A stretch of 63,879 nt of DNA, filler included, from Octopus bimaculoides (taxonomy: Eukaryota), in NCBI RefSeq assembly GCF_001194135.2. It is 7 parts of 7 records of this genome, joined end to end, with 100 filler letters (N's around TTAATTAATTAA, not from the genome) between each part and the next. Parts side by side here need not be neighbours in the genome. Positions count along the whole stretch, not along the records: positions 24,311 to 46,020 come from NC_068999.1; 6 more parts are not named here. The stretch is one strand, 5' to 3'. Below, piece after piece: positions 24,311 to 36,740 of this stretch. Positions within the stretch are counted from its first letter, which is position 1. Each line of letters opens with the position of its first letter. Under the pieces are notes generated by a model that was given only the letters and a program-made list of their open reading frames with translations, ran no database searches and had not been told where the DNA came from. Made by a program: the position numbers and the translations under genes.

Positions 24311-25569
24311 TATATATATACCGAAGAATTGCTTTAGTCATTGGATTATTGTTTCGAAAACCTCACACCTTCTTCTTAGATTACGTGTTTGGTACTTTTT
24401 CTTCCTGGTACTTATTCCATGAATATCTTTCGTGACGTTGTTGCAGATGACGCGACACCGACTGAAGCAATCGACTGAGAAACACTAAACCAGACACAGA
24501 GAATCATAGTTATACACACATACACACATACACACATACACACATCTCACCCACTCGCTCACAATCGCACACAAATACATATATCTCTTTTTTACTTCTT
24601 TGTTTGTGTGTTTACGTATTCAGTTCGTGTGGCATATTCCATTACAGGGCACTTCCCAGTTCGCGGGTTTTTGTGGGGTCACTTGCCTTCCGTGCCATGC
24701 ATAGGAATTGATCATAAAGTCATGTTGTTGCAAAGCGAATTACATAATAACGCAGGGTTTTCTAAATATTGTGTCTTTCTAAATAATTATGTATACATTT
24801 ACACTTAGGTACATAGATTGATTGATACATAGATTTATATTTGCAGTCATACAAACATACACATATTTATATACATATAGCTTGATTTTATTTTGTTTTT
24901 GCATATATGAACATATGCTTTCGCCTGAGTGACTTCGTTTCTATTATTTCAAATTCTATTTACTCAATGCGCATTTCTGACTAAATACGTATTTTTAAAA
25001 TTTCATAAACATTCTATCCGCTTCATTTTGAATTGCTGTCATGGAAAAACAAGCCGATAAATCCAGCTTGCATCCTTTTCCTTTTAGCAATTTAACATTA
25101 TTTTCTTCCTCTATTTAAACTTATTTTGTTATAAGACGATATGCTTCAAATATATATGTATATAAGCATAAGTAATCTAAACTGCTTTCATTGATTGCTC
25201 CCAACATTTGTTTATAATGTGTTGTAAAATGTTCGCTAATTATATTTATTAAGAAATATGCAAAAGAACATAGTTTGTACGTGAATAGATCTTTTAAAAA
25301 AATTAAAGGAATGGCGATGGTCTTTTTTTTTTTCTTGTCTTTCAGATACAGTACTTCAAATAATGATATTTATAATTATTACAGATTCCACCAAACGTTT
25401 ACGAAATCAGAATGATTAAATTCATATACACGTGAATACAGCACTTTCCTTAAGTTAAGTTTTGCAACCATAATATTTCGCCCATATCTACAGCAGGGGC
25501 CAAAATTGCTTATTTTTATTAAATAAAGCCGCCAACATATTAACGGAACTATGTTTCATCTACTATTCA

Positions 25570-26200
25570 ATTACACAATCTATGCAATTCAGATGCATAC
25601 CTAATCATTCCTATGTTCAATTGAACTCGGAATATGTGGGTGAGATTGTTTCTCCTCCAGATACACCAAGGATGAACTTGCACTCTTTCAAAATGCGTTA
25701 TTTTCCCCTAAGTTTCGAGGATTGCAGTATTTATGTTCAGTTTCATCCAATCATTCGTTTTCTTCCGTAACTACACGGTACACTTCTGAACTGTCCCTGA
25801 GCCATTTCATTGTCTCTATTCTCTTGTGGTACTTGAATACCTAAGTGTTGGCTCATTGACGCTGGGACAGATCCCTATGGACCTACACCCACTGCTTTCA
25901 CTGTGCAATATTACCCGTACTTTGGTAGTACTCTCACAAGTTCATTGTTCCTTCTTATCTTAGAGTGATATTGTTTCTCTGCTCGGTACTCAAAAGAACT
26001 GTCATCAGAATCCGGTTGATTGTGGCACCTGATTTCTTGTCCCTGCTTTTTCACACACATCAGATTTAAATAGCTTTTGTGAAAGTCAGGGAGGTCTGCA
26101 TAAATTTCACTTTCATCGTCAAGAACATGTAAATTTTGTCCGCGCAATACACCATGACTAAGTATCATTTTTGCGCCAAACCAGTTACACTGCCCTTCTG
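25570..26200 (-). mobile_element. Highly decayed LINE reverse transcriptase fragment (CR1/L2-like)
   Basis: LRGQNLHVLDDESEIYADLPDFHKSY resembles the LL..D....VYLDF.KAF motif, and VKAVGVGP*GSVP resembles V.SGVPQGSVLG. Multiple stops and frameshifts. Confidence 0.5.
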
Positions 26201-27072
26201 ATAAAGATATCTGAAGTAAATTTAAAGTTTATGTAACACCAGTTATTATAATTATGCGTAATAAATCAACATTTCATTTGTAACGTAACATTGATATCTT
26301 TTTCCGACATATTACATTTGAAATTCATACCAGAGCATATATGTGCAATCATAAAAAAATTGCCAAATTTTTCTCAATTCTTGGCTCTTAAAATTATCGA
26401 TCCTTCTCTATTACAATCGGTTGCATTTACTATGTATGTATATATATACATACCTANNNNNNNNNNNNNNNNNNNNNNNNNNNNNNNNNNNNNNNNNNNN
26501 NNNNNNNNNNNNNNNNNNNNNNNNNNNNNNNNNNNNNNNNNNNNNNNNNNNNNNNNNNNNNNNNNNNNNNNNNNNNNNNNNNNNNNNNNNNNNNNNNNNN
26601 NNNNNNNNNNNNNNNNNNNNNNNNNNNNNNNNNNNNNNNNNNNNNNNNNNNNNNNNNNNNNNNNNNNNNNNNNNNNNNNNNNNNNNNNNNNNNNNNNNNN
26701 NNNNNNNNNNNNNNNNNNNNNNNNNNNNNNNNNNNNNNNNNNNNNNNNNNNNNNNNNNNNNNNNNNNNNNNNNNNNNNNNNNNNNNNNNNNNNNNNNNNN
26801 NNNNNNNNNNNNNNNNNNNNNNNNNNNNNNNNNNNNNNNNNNNNNNNNNNNNNNNNNNNNNNNNNNNNNNNNNNNNNNNNNNNNNNNNNNNNNNNNNNNN
26901 NNNNNNNNNNNNNNNNNNNNNNNNNNNNNNNNNNNNNNNNNNNNNNNNNNNNNNNNNNNNNNNNNNNNNNNNNNNNNNNNNNNNNNNNNNNNNNNNNNNN
27001 NNNNNNNNNNNNNNNNNNNNNNNNNNNNNNNNNNNNNNNNNNNNNNNNNNNNNNNNNNNNNNNNNNNNNNNN

Positions 27073-28210
27073 CTTTTTAGAATTTACCGCGAAAGATATC
27101 AACAACCTGTGTTTACAAGACAAAATTACATCAGCGAATCTACTTAGTAACGAGGATTGTGAAGGCGGAGAATGGTTGACGGTTCTTTTAAACATAGTTT
27201 ATACATACTTTCCTACTGGGGAATCATAATTTAGAATTTGAATTGCAGAAAGAGTTTGTGCGTTCACGTTAGCAGCGCTTGAAATCAACTGTACTCCCGA
27301 TGTATACTCTTGCTTGGTGAAAGCTTTTTGTTATAACACAGCACCTATAGGCTACAATCTTACGTAGACTGAAGCTTCCAAGAGGGCATAATTGAGAAAA
27401 CCGACGTTTGCAAGTCTTCCTACCTGCTTCGTTGTTGGACTTCATTGCTAGGGAAGATGAACTCCGTTGGCCATTATAAGTTAGGAAAAACCCGAAATGC
27501 AGTCTGTATTAGTATTCGACTGGAAGAATTATTGCCGCTAGTATATGCTGTCGCGTTAGTAGAATTGTGGGAAGATGACTTAACTTTGGTATTATTTGGT
27601 TTGGTGTGGTTACTGAGGATTGTATTATTGCCAATAGGTGGGTTAATAATTTGGCATGCAATGGGAGAGTTTGGGTGTTCTAAGAACTGGTGTTGCAGTT
27701 TGCGTCTGTTGGAGAAGGTGATTATGGATTCAAAATTGAGTGTTGGTTAGGAGGGGATTTTTACGGGTGATTTATTAAAGATAGAGTAGTATTTATGCTG
27801 TGGTTGGAAAATGAATTCTAAGATTTTAAAGAAGAAGTTAGGTTGAAATTTAACTTGGAGAAAGAAAGGCGGTACGAACCATCAAATATTTCGCTACCCA
27901 GCCTTCGATTCCTTAGAGTGTGTGGTTGTAGTGGGTAGATCAGGAATGGAAAACATGTAGATGCAATAGGTTCTAGGTGACTAGTGGGGTGGCCAAGTGT
28001 GATGTAGGGGTTCTTTTGAGAATTTTTGGAGTGTTGTTGAGTGGAGCAAGTGCCTGTATAGTCGGGTTTAGCATTAGGTGAGAGATTACTATTTTAGTTG
28101 TTAGTTTAGTATTGGGATATTTTAGTTGTGAGCTTAGTTTTTTGAGGAAGTCGCATATTTGGAGGGCCTGGTTATAATACGGGGCATGAAGCTTTAACAT
28201 TTCTGTATAT
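27073..28210 (-). mobile_element. Penelope-like element fragment (RT thumb to GIY-YIG), decayed
   Basis: HAPYYNQALQICDF, RNI*WFVPPF, HKYYSIFNKSPVKIPS and KTCKRRFSQLCPLGSFSLRKIVAYRCCV..RVYIGSTVDFKR. Confidence 0.85.
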
Positions 28211-28621
28211 ATATACTTGTGTGTTTGTGCGCCCACATGCGTGTGTGTGTGTGTTTGTGTGTTAAGTAGTTTATTCCTGCGCAGAAACAAAATATCACAA
28301 GAATTTGTTTTGTAGTTTGAAAATGCATCTGAAGCTGCAAAGCGTGTTGTCGTTTTGAATATATTTAGGTATGTACCAGACTACTGTCGATAACTTTTTG
28401 CTTCTCAATGCTACAGATATATATATAAATGGAGGCTTATGAGGGTTAAAAATTTACTAGGTAAAAGTTGCACATTTTTAAACCATGAAGTATATATATA
28501 TATACATACATACATATATGCATATATGTATACTTATGTACAAATGCACATAAGTGTGGAAGTGTATATATACATGCATATATATACATATATGTGTGTT
28601 TCGTGTGTGTGTGTATGTGTG

Positions 28622-28663
<42 letters not shown>

Positions 28664-28860
28664 NNNNNNNNNNNNNNNNNNNNNNNNNNNNNNNNNNNNN
28701 NNNNNNNNNNNNNNNNNNNNNNNNNNNNNNNNNNNNNNNNNNNNNNNNNNNNNNNNNNNNNNNNNNNNNNNNNNNNNNNNNNNNNNNNNNNNNNNNNNNN
28801 NNNNNNNNNNNNNNNNNNNNNNNNNNNNNNNNNNNNNNNNNNNNNNNNNNNNNNNNNNNN

Positions 28861-28917
<57 letters not shown>

Positions 28918-28927
28918 TGTGTATATA

Positions 28928-29150
28928 CAGGGATTGGGCAATAAAATGGAAACATATTAAAATTTTAAAACAAATTTGCTTTAATATGGGGTAGGACCGA
29001 TTTTTCAGTAATTACAGCTTGAATTCTCCGAGGTACAAAGTTTGAATTGTTTCCAAAAGAATGTTTGTCCATTCTTCAGCTAAAACAGTCTCCAGTTCTT
29101 GTAGTGATGATGGTGGAAGATATCGACTCCGTAATTGTTTTTCTAAAATA
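28928..29150 (-). mobile_element. Tc1 transposon, 3' end with TIR
   Basis: TA|cagggattgggcaataaaatggaaac TIR. The minus strand encodes ILEKQLRSRYLPPSSLQELETVLAEEWTNILLETIQTLY. Confidence 0.85.
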
Positions 29151-30115
29151 CATATATATATATGCATATATACATACATACGTACATGCACATACCTACG
29201 CCACACACTCACACAGGTAGACAGACACAAAGACGCAAACACACAGTCACACACACACGCACACGCACACACACACAAGCACACACACACACATACACAT
29301 ACACACACACAAGCACACGCATATATATGGTGCATTTTCTAAAGTTTTTGTCGCCCAGTTTCATTTGCATGGCAAAGATCGGCTCTAAGATATTTAGTAT
29401 CGATTGTTTCAATTCTGCGTGTTATACACAAAGCAGTATAACTACATTTCTATGCGATTGTTATTGTTTTAGAATTGAAACGTCAGTGACAATAGAATTG
29501 GTAAGATGAAAGAAAGTTACATTTAAAAACTATGAGAGAAATGTAGTTGGCCAATAACAGACACATAGTGATATAATGAAAATTATTGTGTGGGCGAATA
29601 ACTACAAAGAATGAATTTGATTTTATCGATTTCATTAGTTACGTATATCATTGTCTCGGCTTCTCAATTGCCTCCGTTTCAGTATCTAATACTAAATTAC
29701 TGTATTCCAGAAATTTTAAATTCAATTCCTGGAAGGATATTCAAATGTTAACGTTTTAATGATATGATTAGGAATTTAGTTGGCCAAAAAGTGGAATATC
29801 TGCGACGAGCCTCATATCTAAACCATAACATAGTTACATATGTATGTATGTGTGTATATTTGTATGTATGTATGTATATATATATATATATATATNNNNN
29901 NNNNNNNNNNNNNNNNNNNNNNNNNNNNNNNNNNNNNNNNNNNNNNNNNNNNNNNNNNNNNNNNNNNNNNNNNNNNNNNNNNNNNNNNNNNNNNNNNNNN
30001 NNNNNNNNNNNNNNNNNNNNNNNNNNNNNNNNNNNNNNNNNNNNNNNNNNNNNNNNNNNNNNNNNNNNNNNNNNNNNNNNNNNNNNNNNNNNNNNNNNNN
30101 NNNNNNNNNTATATA

Positions 30116-30740
30116 CAGGGGTTAGACAAAAGAATGGAAACACGTAGCATCATGGCATCATAATTTTCAGATGTCTATAAAACCGTCAAAAGCTTGCTGA
30201 TTTTTTTTTGTTACGTCGACGCCCCCAGGGGAAGAGGTAGGATCTTCCAAGACATATAAATAGAGGAAGTCTGGCCGTAGTAGAGTGTTGAGTAGCGATT
30301 GAGTAGAAGTTGTGTAGCGGTTGAGTAGAGATCATCCGAAGGTGATAGATAGCAGTAGCGTGGAGACATAACAGTTTTTAAATTTATTTTTAGTGTTGCG
30401 TAATATGTTTTGCTAAAATTGTTGTTTCTTTTTAGAGATCACCAGAAAAAAGTGATTGTAATTCTTTAAAATGACAGATCTTTCGGACCTTCAAATCGGT
30501 CACATAGTTGGTGCTCGTATGGAAGACGCTAGCATACCGAAAACAGCCGAAATGTTCGGTGTATCAAGAAGTACTTGCCCAAAGAAATAACAGCCTTTTC
30601 TAGAAAGGATCACAAAATTATAGCACCGAAAATTACTGCAGAGCTAAATAACTACCACGAGAATCCACCAGGTTCACCGGGAGCTGCACAGATGTGTTTT
30701 TGGTGAAGAGCTCCAAGAATCGACATCATGATCTTTCGAT
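30116..30740 (+). mobile_element. Tc1 transposon, 5' end with TIR and decayed HTH region
   Basis: TA|caggggttagacaaaagaatggaaac TIR. MTDLSDLQIGHIVGARMEDASIPKTAEMFGVSRST starts near 30471. Confidence 0.85.
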
Positions 30741-30934
30741 TGGGTGTGCAGGACTGAAACTAGACGGCAATGCGTCTTCTCGTATATGCATACTGCATAT
30801 ATGCATATATACACAGTTACAAGCACACAAATGCACACACGCATGCAAACATACACACGCACACACACACACGCACACACACACATGCACACAACCACAC
30901 ACACGCACGCATATACACATATGTATGTGTAATG

Positions 30935-31120
30935 CAGCTGACTGTGTTTGTGGCTATAATATTTTGAGTTCAAATTCCGCTGAGGTTGACTTTGCCATTC
31001 ATCATTTCGGAATCGATTAAATAAGTACTAGTTTCGCACTAGAGATCGATTTAACCGACTTAATTCCTTTGTCTTTCATTGTTTGTATCCTCCATGTCTA
31101 GCCCCCCGTGGGCAATACAT
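30935..31120 (+). mobile_element. SINE family B
   Basis: gagttcaaattccgctgaggttgactttgccattcatc..gattaaataagtac..ccccgtgggcaata. Confidence 0.8.
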
Positions 31121-33709
31121 TTATAAATATTTTAAGTTCCATGGTTTTCCAGGGTTTCAAGAATCATTAATCATGCATTTTATAAAGCTTTCCTTTTGGA
31201 ATGCTTGCTAATTTTCAAAGTTTAAATTGTTGAATTATCAGTTAATATTATCGTCTGTGTTGAGTTGCATTTGATTTAAAGATACGGATTCCACGTAGAA
31301 TGGTAATTTCATTTGAATTTATCATATCTTTAATATTTTAGTAGTAGTCGTAATCATATAAAACACGGTATTTGCCGTGAGAGACTGCAGTGACATGCTC
31401 GTATTTCAGATATCGAATAAATGATTATTATATTCAAGTCTGTAATTTTAATTATATTTGAAATCGAAATAAATTTCTTATTTCGTAATCTTTTCTTATA
31501 TAACAAATTATATTCTTAATACACATTGACAGAATGAATCAACTTTTTAACGTAAGACGGACGCATAAGATCGGTGTCTAACATTTATACCAATCTGCTA
31601 GGCAATGTGAAATCAATGTTGTATTTACACATGCAATGTCTAAATCATATGGCATATTAATATTCCAAGCTATGAGTGACTTTAACGCTCAATCAAAGAG
31701 GAAAGTGTAGTGCACATAGCCGTTAGAATATTTAACCTGGCACCAGAAAAAAACCAAACCGCTGCCAGCGTCGCGGGATGGCAACCAACCGGTTAACGAT
31801 TGAATTCTTACTACAGTAAGGTGGACATTTATGATGCTATCAAAAATTGCCTCTCACTGAGCAGTTGATCATCCCGTCATTCTTTCCTTGTCCATTATAT
31901 ATCTAGGAAAATGTTATACAGTATATCTCTTTTCAAAGTACAATGGGTATATTACAAGCAGATTTGTTTCCGGTATCCACCCTGATGATTAAGCATTGAG
32001 ATGTTCCCTATCTAACTTGTAAGTGAAGAAAAGAGACAGCCTGATCGTAAGCTGGTAAATGAACTGGAGTGTGGTGAAGTCATGTAAACTAATGATATGC
32101 AGGAGAATGTCAGAAGACCTAGGGCGATTTAGCTTAAGGTGGCATTGATTGTGAAATAAAAGTAAGCCTATGATTCATAATTTAAACGAGGTTGTGGGAT
32201 TAGTGAACATCTCAACATGCACCAGTTTATTGTGCCATATGTTTAGGAGTAAGCAAAATATTTATTCTGTCCTAATTTCTACCCGATTTTTTTTTTGCAA
32301 CTGCAGGTTCTCAATATATTGAATGGGACTAGAATATCTCAGTTAGATTTCAACCCTAATTATTTATCAGCATTTAAATATCGATAACATTCATTTTTTT
32401 TCTAAAGATGCTTCCACATTTGCACCGTTTATTAGTTTCCGTATAATAGTCGCATATACTTTGGTTAATAGTACAGTATAATCACGAGGATTTTATTTCA
32501 TTTCTCTGTAAATTTACTTGATTTACGTCATTTGGTTGTTGGAAGCTCTCCGCCATTTGCGAAAATCTTGATTTTTCTTAAAATTCCGTTCAAGATTATT
32601 AGGCGAGTACAAAATGAATAATGCTCTGGATAGTTTTACTCAGCTTATACCTTTCAAGAAGGGACATTAGGTAGGGTTTCTTTTACACCTCTAGTATGAG
32701 AATTTTAAGAGTTATATCTATACACTTTTGCTGGTGTATTATATAACTATCCATGTAGTGCATTGCCATTTTGATTTATAGAATGTGCTGCTGATTATAT
32801 CAAATGTTCTATTGACGTGCTGAAAATTCAGGAACTTCGGGCGTGTTAGTTTAGACTCGAATTTAATTGGAATTATGTAAACAGATACATATACTCAAAA
32901 TGTATGCCACTGAAACTCCAGTGAGCTAGGATAATGTGACTACGTCCACAACTCTCTATGACGTTTTGTATAGGACTTGATATATTGGGTAATTGCACAT
33001 AGGAAGATTACAGCACAGTGTGTTGCAAGGTTTCATTAGCCAGATTAGGAATATTAGTGCATTGTCTAGTTGATTTAAAGCAGAGGATTAGCTGGATATC
33101 AGGATGAGGTGTGTGAATATGTCATTTGTTGACAGTGATATTCAACTGATTATTTTAAAAATTGCAGATGTCATTTCATGATTGTTCTGTAGACGTAATG
33201 ATGTGATAGCACAACATCTTATTCATATCACATTAAATATAGGAACGAGGTTTACTAACAGCTTCTGTAATGGTATTACGCTTTTCTAGAAACAGTACGT
33301 ATTTTGTGTGGGTGTGTTTATGAGAGGGAGAATGCTCGCGCGCGTGTGTGCGCGTGTATGTGCACGTGTGTGTGTGTCTGATGCAAAGCCACGTTATATA
33401 CAGGTTAGACACAAAATACAATTGCGTATTTCCTTAAACAATTTAGAGCATTAACAGCTCATCAAGTATACAATGTACGTTTATAGAAACCTCGGCTCGT
33501 TTATATTATGATGATTTAGTTACGCTGGAGAAGATGAAAAGTTATACCGAAATATAGCAGACATAATGACTTTGAAATCTTCAAAATGGAGTAGTTTGTT
33601 ATCGAGACTCTAGTTATTCTTATTTACTTATCTATTTGGCAGATGCAATACAATTTGCTGTCAATCCCTGTAGAAATGTTCACAACAAACTATCTTAATA
33701 TTTCAATGC

Positions 33710-34030
33710 AATTAAGGTGGTGAGCTAACTTGGTAATTACAACGCCGGACAAATATGCTTAGCGGCTTTTCATCAGTCTTTACCTTCTGATTTCCTATTC
33801 CGCCGAGGTCAATTTTGCTTTCGAGGTCGAAATTGGGCGCTGGGATCGATTTAAGCGAGATAACAGCACCTGAAGTAATTGACTCGACAATACTGGTCTT
33901 GTGCCAAAAATTGAAAGCAATTTTTCAGTGCATTTAAGTACTACTTGAGCACTGGTGTTTATATATTCCAGTGAAGCCTCTCCTTCGAACTTGCCGACGT
34001 TGAGCCAAAAGGTGAAATCATTATTTCAGT
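33710..34030 (+). mobile_element. Old SINE family B copy or copies
   Basis: aaggtggtgagct..cttagcgg..ttccgccgaggtcaattttgc, with repeated tails tggtcttgtgccaaaaattgaaa and tgagccaaaaggtgaaa. Confidence 0.6.
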
Positions 34031-34851
34031 ACAATTAAACAGGCGGGTTGTGACAGAATTGTTCATGCTACACATTGATATTTGGAATTTCTATATGATG
34101 GTTCATTATCAAAATAATAATCAATTTATATTTTGTAGAAGGTATGTAATCAGTGAGTTTTGCCGTTGAACTCTGAAGCGTTTATTTGAAGAATGGAGCA
34201 TCTGGCTGTTTGAAATGTTTACTAACGATATCTCAATATGGCACTGATGTTTTTGCTTTAATGCAATATTTTCATCAAGCTTGGGTGTTCTAAATATTTA
34301 CCAACGCTAATGCAAATAACTTCTGATGTTGTAAATGCAGCCCTTTTTAATCATGGGTTTATAATCGCGAATAGTTTGACGACTGAGAAATCTCAGAATT
34401 AGTAAATTCCTAAGAAGCTTTTGGTTTAGATACGCAGAAAGCATAATGTATTTTGAATATAGGTTGTGCAGTATTCTCATAGTTGCGTACAACTAGTGGC
34501 ATCCTTTTTATAAACTCTTATAAATACTTTATATAGACACTTATAAATATCTTTCTGTTTCAACGTTATTTGGGGTTGTTATTCTGTTGACTTTACTGTT
34601 GTTATTAATGTGTATTTGACGCAAGTGATTCTCTATTTGACGTTATTGGTCTTGTGGTTGTTGCGTCGCCGCTTGTCCAACCTCATTTTGCAATACTATC
34701 CTCAAAGGGACAGATAAGAACCTTCACTCTATTTGCTTCCTTTAACTATTTTTCATGTACGTAAGATTGCTCTTCTTAGGGAAACACTAAACGCTTGATT
34801 TCAAGAGATATTGCCTGTTATTTCAAAAAGAACGCGTAACTATACTGGGAG

Positions 34852-34897
<46 letters not shown>

Positions 34898-35789
34898 ACA
34901 GACAGAGAAATAATATCTATATGTCCATTCATGAGCTTATTTTCCTAACCTGGGTATTTTTGAATGTGCAATATTAACACTTTTGATTTCAGGAACAAAA
35001 TAGCTGCTATGTGTAATTTCATAGAATCATATTCATTGTACCATAAATAATTCAATCAAATATATTCACACCAGAAAAGATGATCAGGTTTGGAATATCT
35101 AGCCATATTTGTTTTAATATGGGTTTATTATTTCATTTAGACTTTTTATATGATACTAAAATGTAAAAGCAATGCAAGTTTTAGCTGTTTCATATTTAAT
35201 AGGCGGATGCAATTTTTAAGTGAAAAGGCATTTATCAACTAAGTGCTATTAACAATTTTTCAAATATTTCATTTCAAAATGTGAAGTTACATAGTATTTC
35301 GCTGTGATCCTAAAATGTTTGAGTAAATTCACATAAGCGCAGTAATACGTGAGAGTATTTTCACTAACGCATTAATGTGTGAAACATGAAATGCTCAAAT
35401 GTGATGAATATACGTGAATTAATAGCAGGTATATCTGTGCTTAAGAAGATAACTTTGAAACTGTGGTTTTCGATAGGTTAGCATTGTGTTTTGAGTGAAT
35501 GTCAGAGATAGCAATTCTATACAGGCCTATTTTATATATTTATGTATGTGTGTAAGTTTCTTTCATTTGTCGACTATAACATGAAAACTGCTGCTGTTTT
35601 GATTGCTTACCTGTAATGTACTGGTTCGGTATGACATGTTCATAGATGACTGAAGGCGTAGCGGGATACTAGAGAAATATGATGAATTCATTACCAAACG
35701 TTATGAAATAGATTAGCAATAACTGAAACAAGAACAAAAGAGTAGAAATGGTGAACTGCATAGTTTAGTTGGAGGAAATTACTGAGTAA

Positions 35790-36740
35790 TAGTGATTTCA
35801 AATTTCGGTACAAGTCTAGCAAGTTCGGGTTAGGTGTTAAGTTGCTCAGATCGAACCACTGCTCAGCTGGTAACTATTTTTTGGACACCGAAAGGATAAA
35901 ATGCAGAGGTGACCGCGGTAGCATTTGAACTGTGGTCCTAAAAAACAGACGTAGTGTGGCCAAGCATTTTGCCCGACGTGCTAACGAATCTACTAGTTCG
36001 CCTCCTTAAATTACTACGTAATATTGGTTTAAACTTTGGCACAAGGTCAGCAGGTTTGAGCGGAGTAAATCAGCTGCAGTACTAAACTGGTACTCAATTT
36101 ATCGACAACAAACTGATGAAAATCAAAGTCGACTTACGTGGATTTTGAACTCAGAATGTAGCTAAGCAGTTTGTCCTGCGTGCAAACTATACTTTTTCTA
36201 CTCTAGGTACAAGGCCCGAAATTCTGAGGAAGGGGCCAGTCGATTATATCAAACCCAGTACGCAACTAGTACTTAATTTCACCTTATTTTGCCAACGCAT
36301 GGCCTTGGATTAGGTTAAAGTGTAATGTTAAGATGTTTTTAAGGCGACAAGCTGGAAGAATCGTTACCGTGCCGGGTAAACTGTTTAGCGTAATTCCGTC
36401 CGTTTTTACGTTCTGAATCAAAATTGTGTCGAGACTGTCTTTGCTGTTCATCCTTCCTGGGTCGATAAAAAGTAATCGCCTTACCCCAACCCTAAACTAA
36501 TGGCCTTTAACTAAAATTTGAAATCAGTATTAAGACTATTTTTAAGACGGAATGCTGACAGAATTTCTAAGATGCCCAGTAAAATGCTTGATAGCATGTT
36601 GTCAGTGTTTATGTTGGTAGCTCAAATTCAACCAATGTCTATTTTACGTTTCATCCTTCGAGGTCAATAAAATAAGCCCCAGCCGCTCACTTATCCGTAA
36701 TCACTAGCCATCTGCCAAACATTGAAATCAATATTAATAC
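35790..36740. mobile_element. Cluster of diverged SINE family B copies in both orientations
   Basis: Minus copies (ggtacaagtctagc.., ggcacaaggtcagc.., ggtacaaggcccgaaatt..) followed by plus copies (aaggcgacaagctgg..gggtcgataaaa, aagacggaatgctgacag..ggtcaataaaataag). Confidence 0.7.

Noticed and set aside
26002-26008. Other CTGANGA hits (26002, 27613, 29077, 31983, 36113, 40722, 44567, 49153, 53349, 57312)
   Set aside because: None has the required helix II, GAAA, UH and helix I arrangement, and several lie inside Tc1, SINE or LINE sequence.
25911-26168. 85-aa minus-strand ORF as a host exon (plausible AG/GT flanks)
   Set aside because: Better explained as decayed LINE RT, and adjacent frames carry further RT-like motifs with stops.
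29473-29500. 28-nt candidate micro-exon (ttttAG|...|GTAAGA)
   Set aside because: No partner exons or homology. Such splice-like pairs arise by chance in AT-rich DNA.
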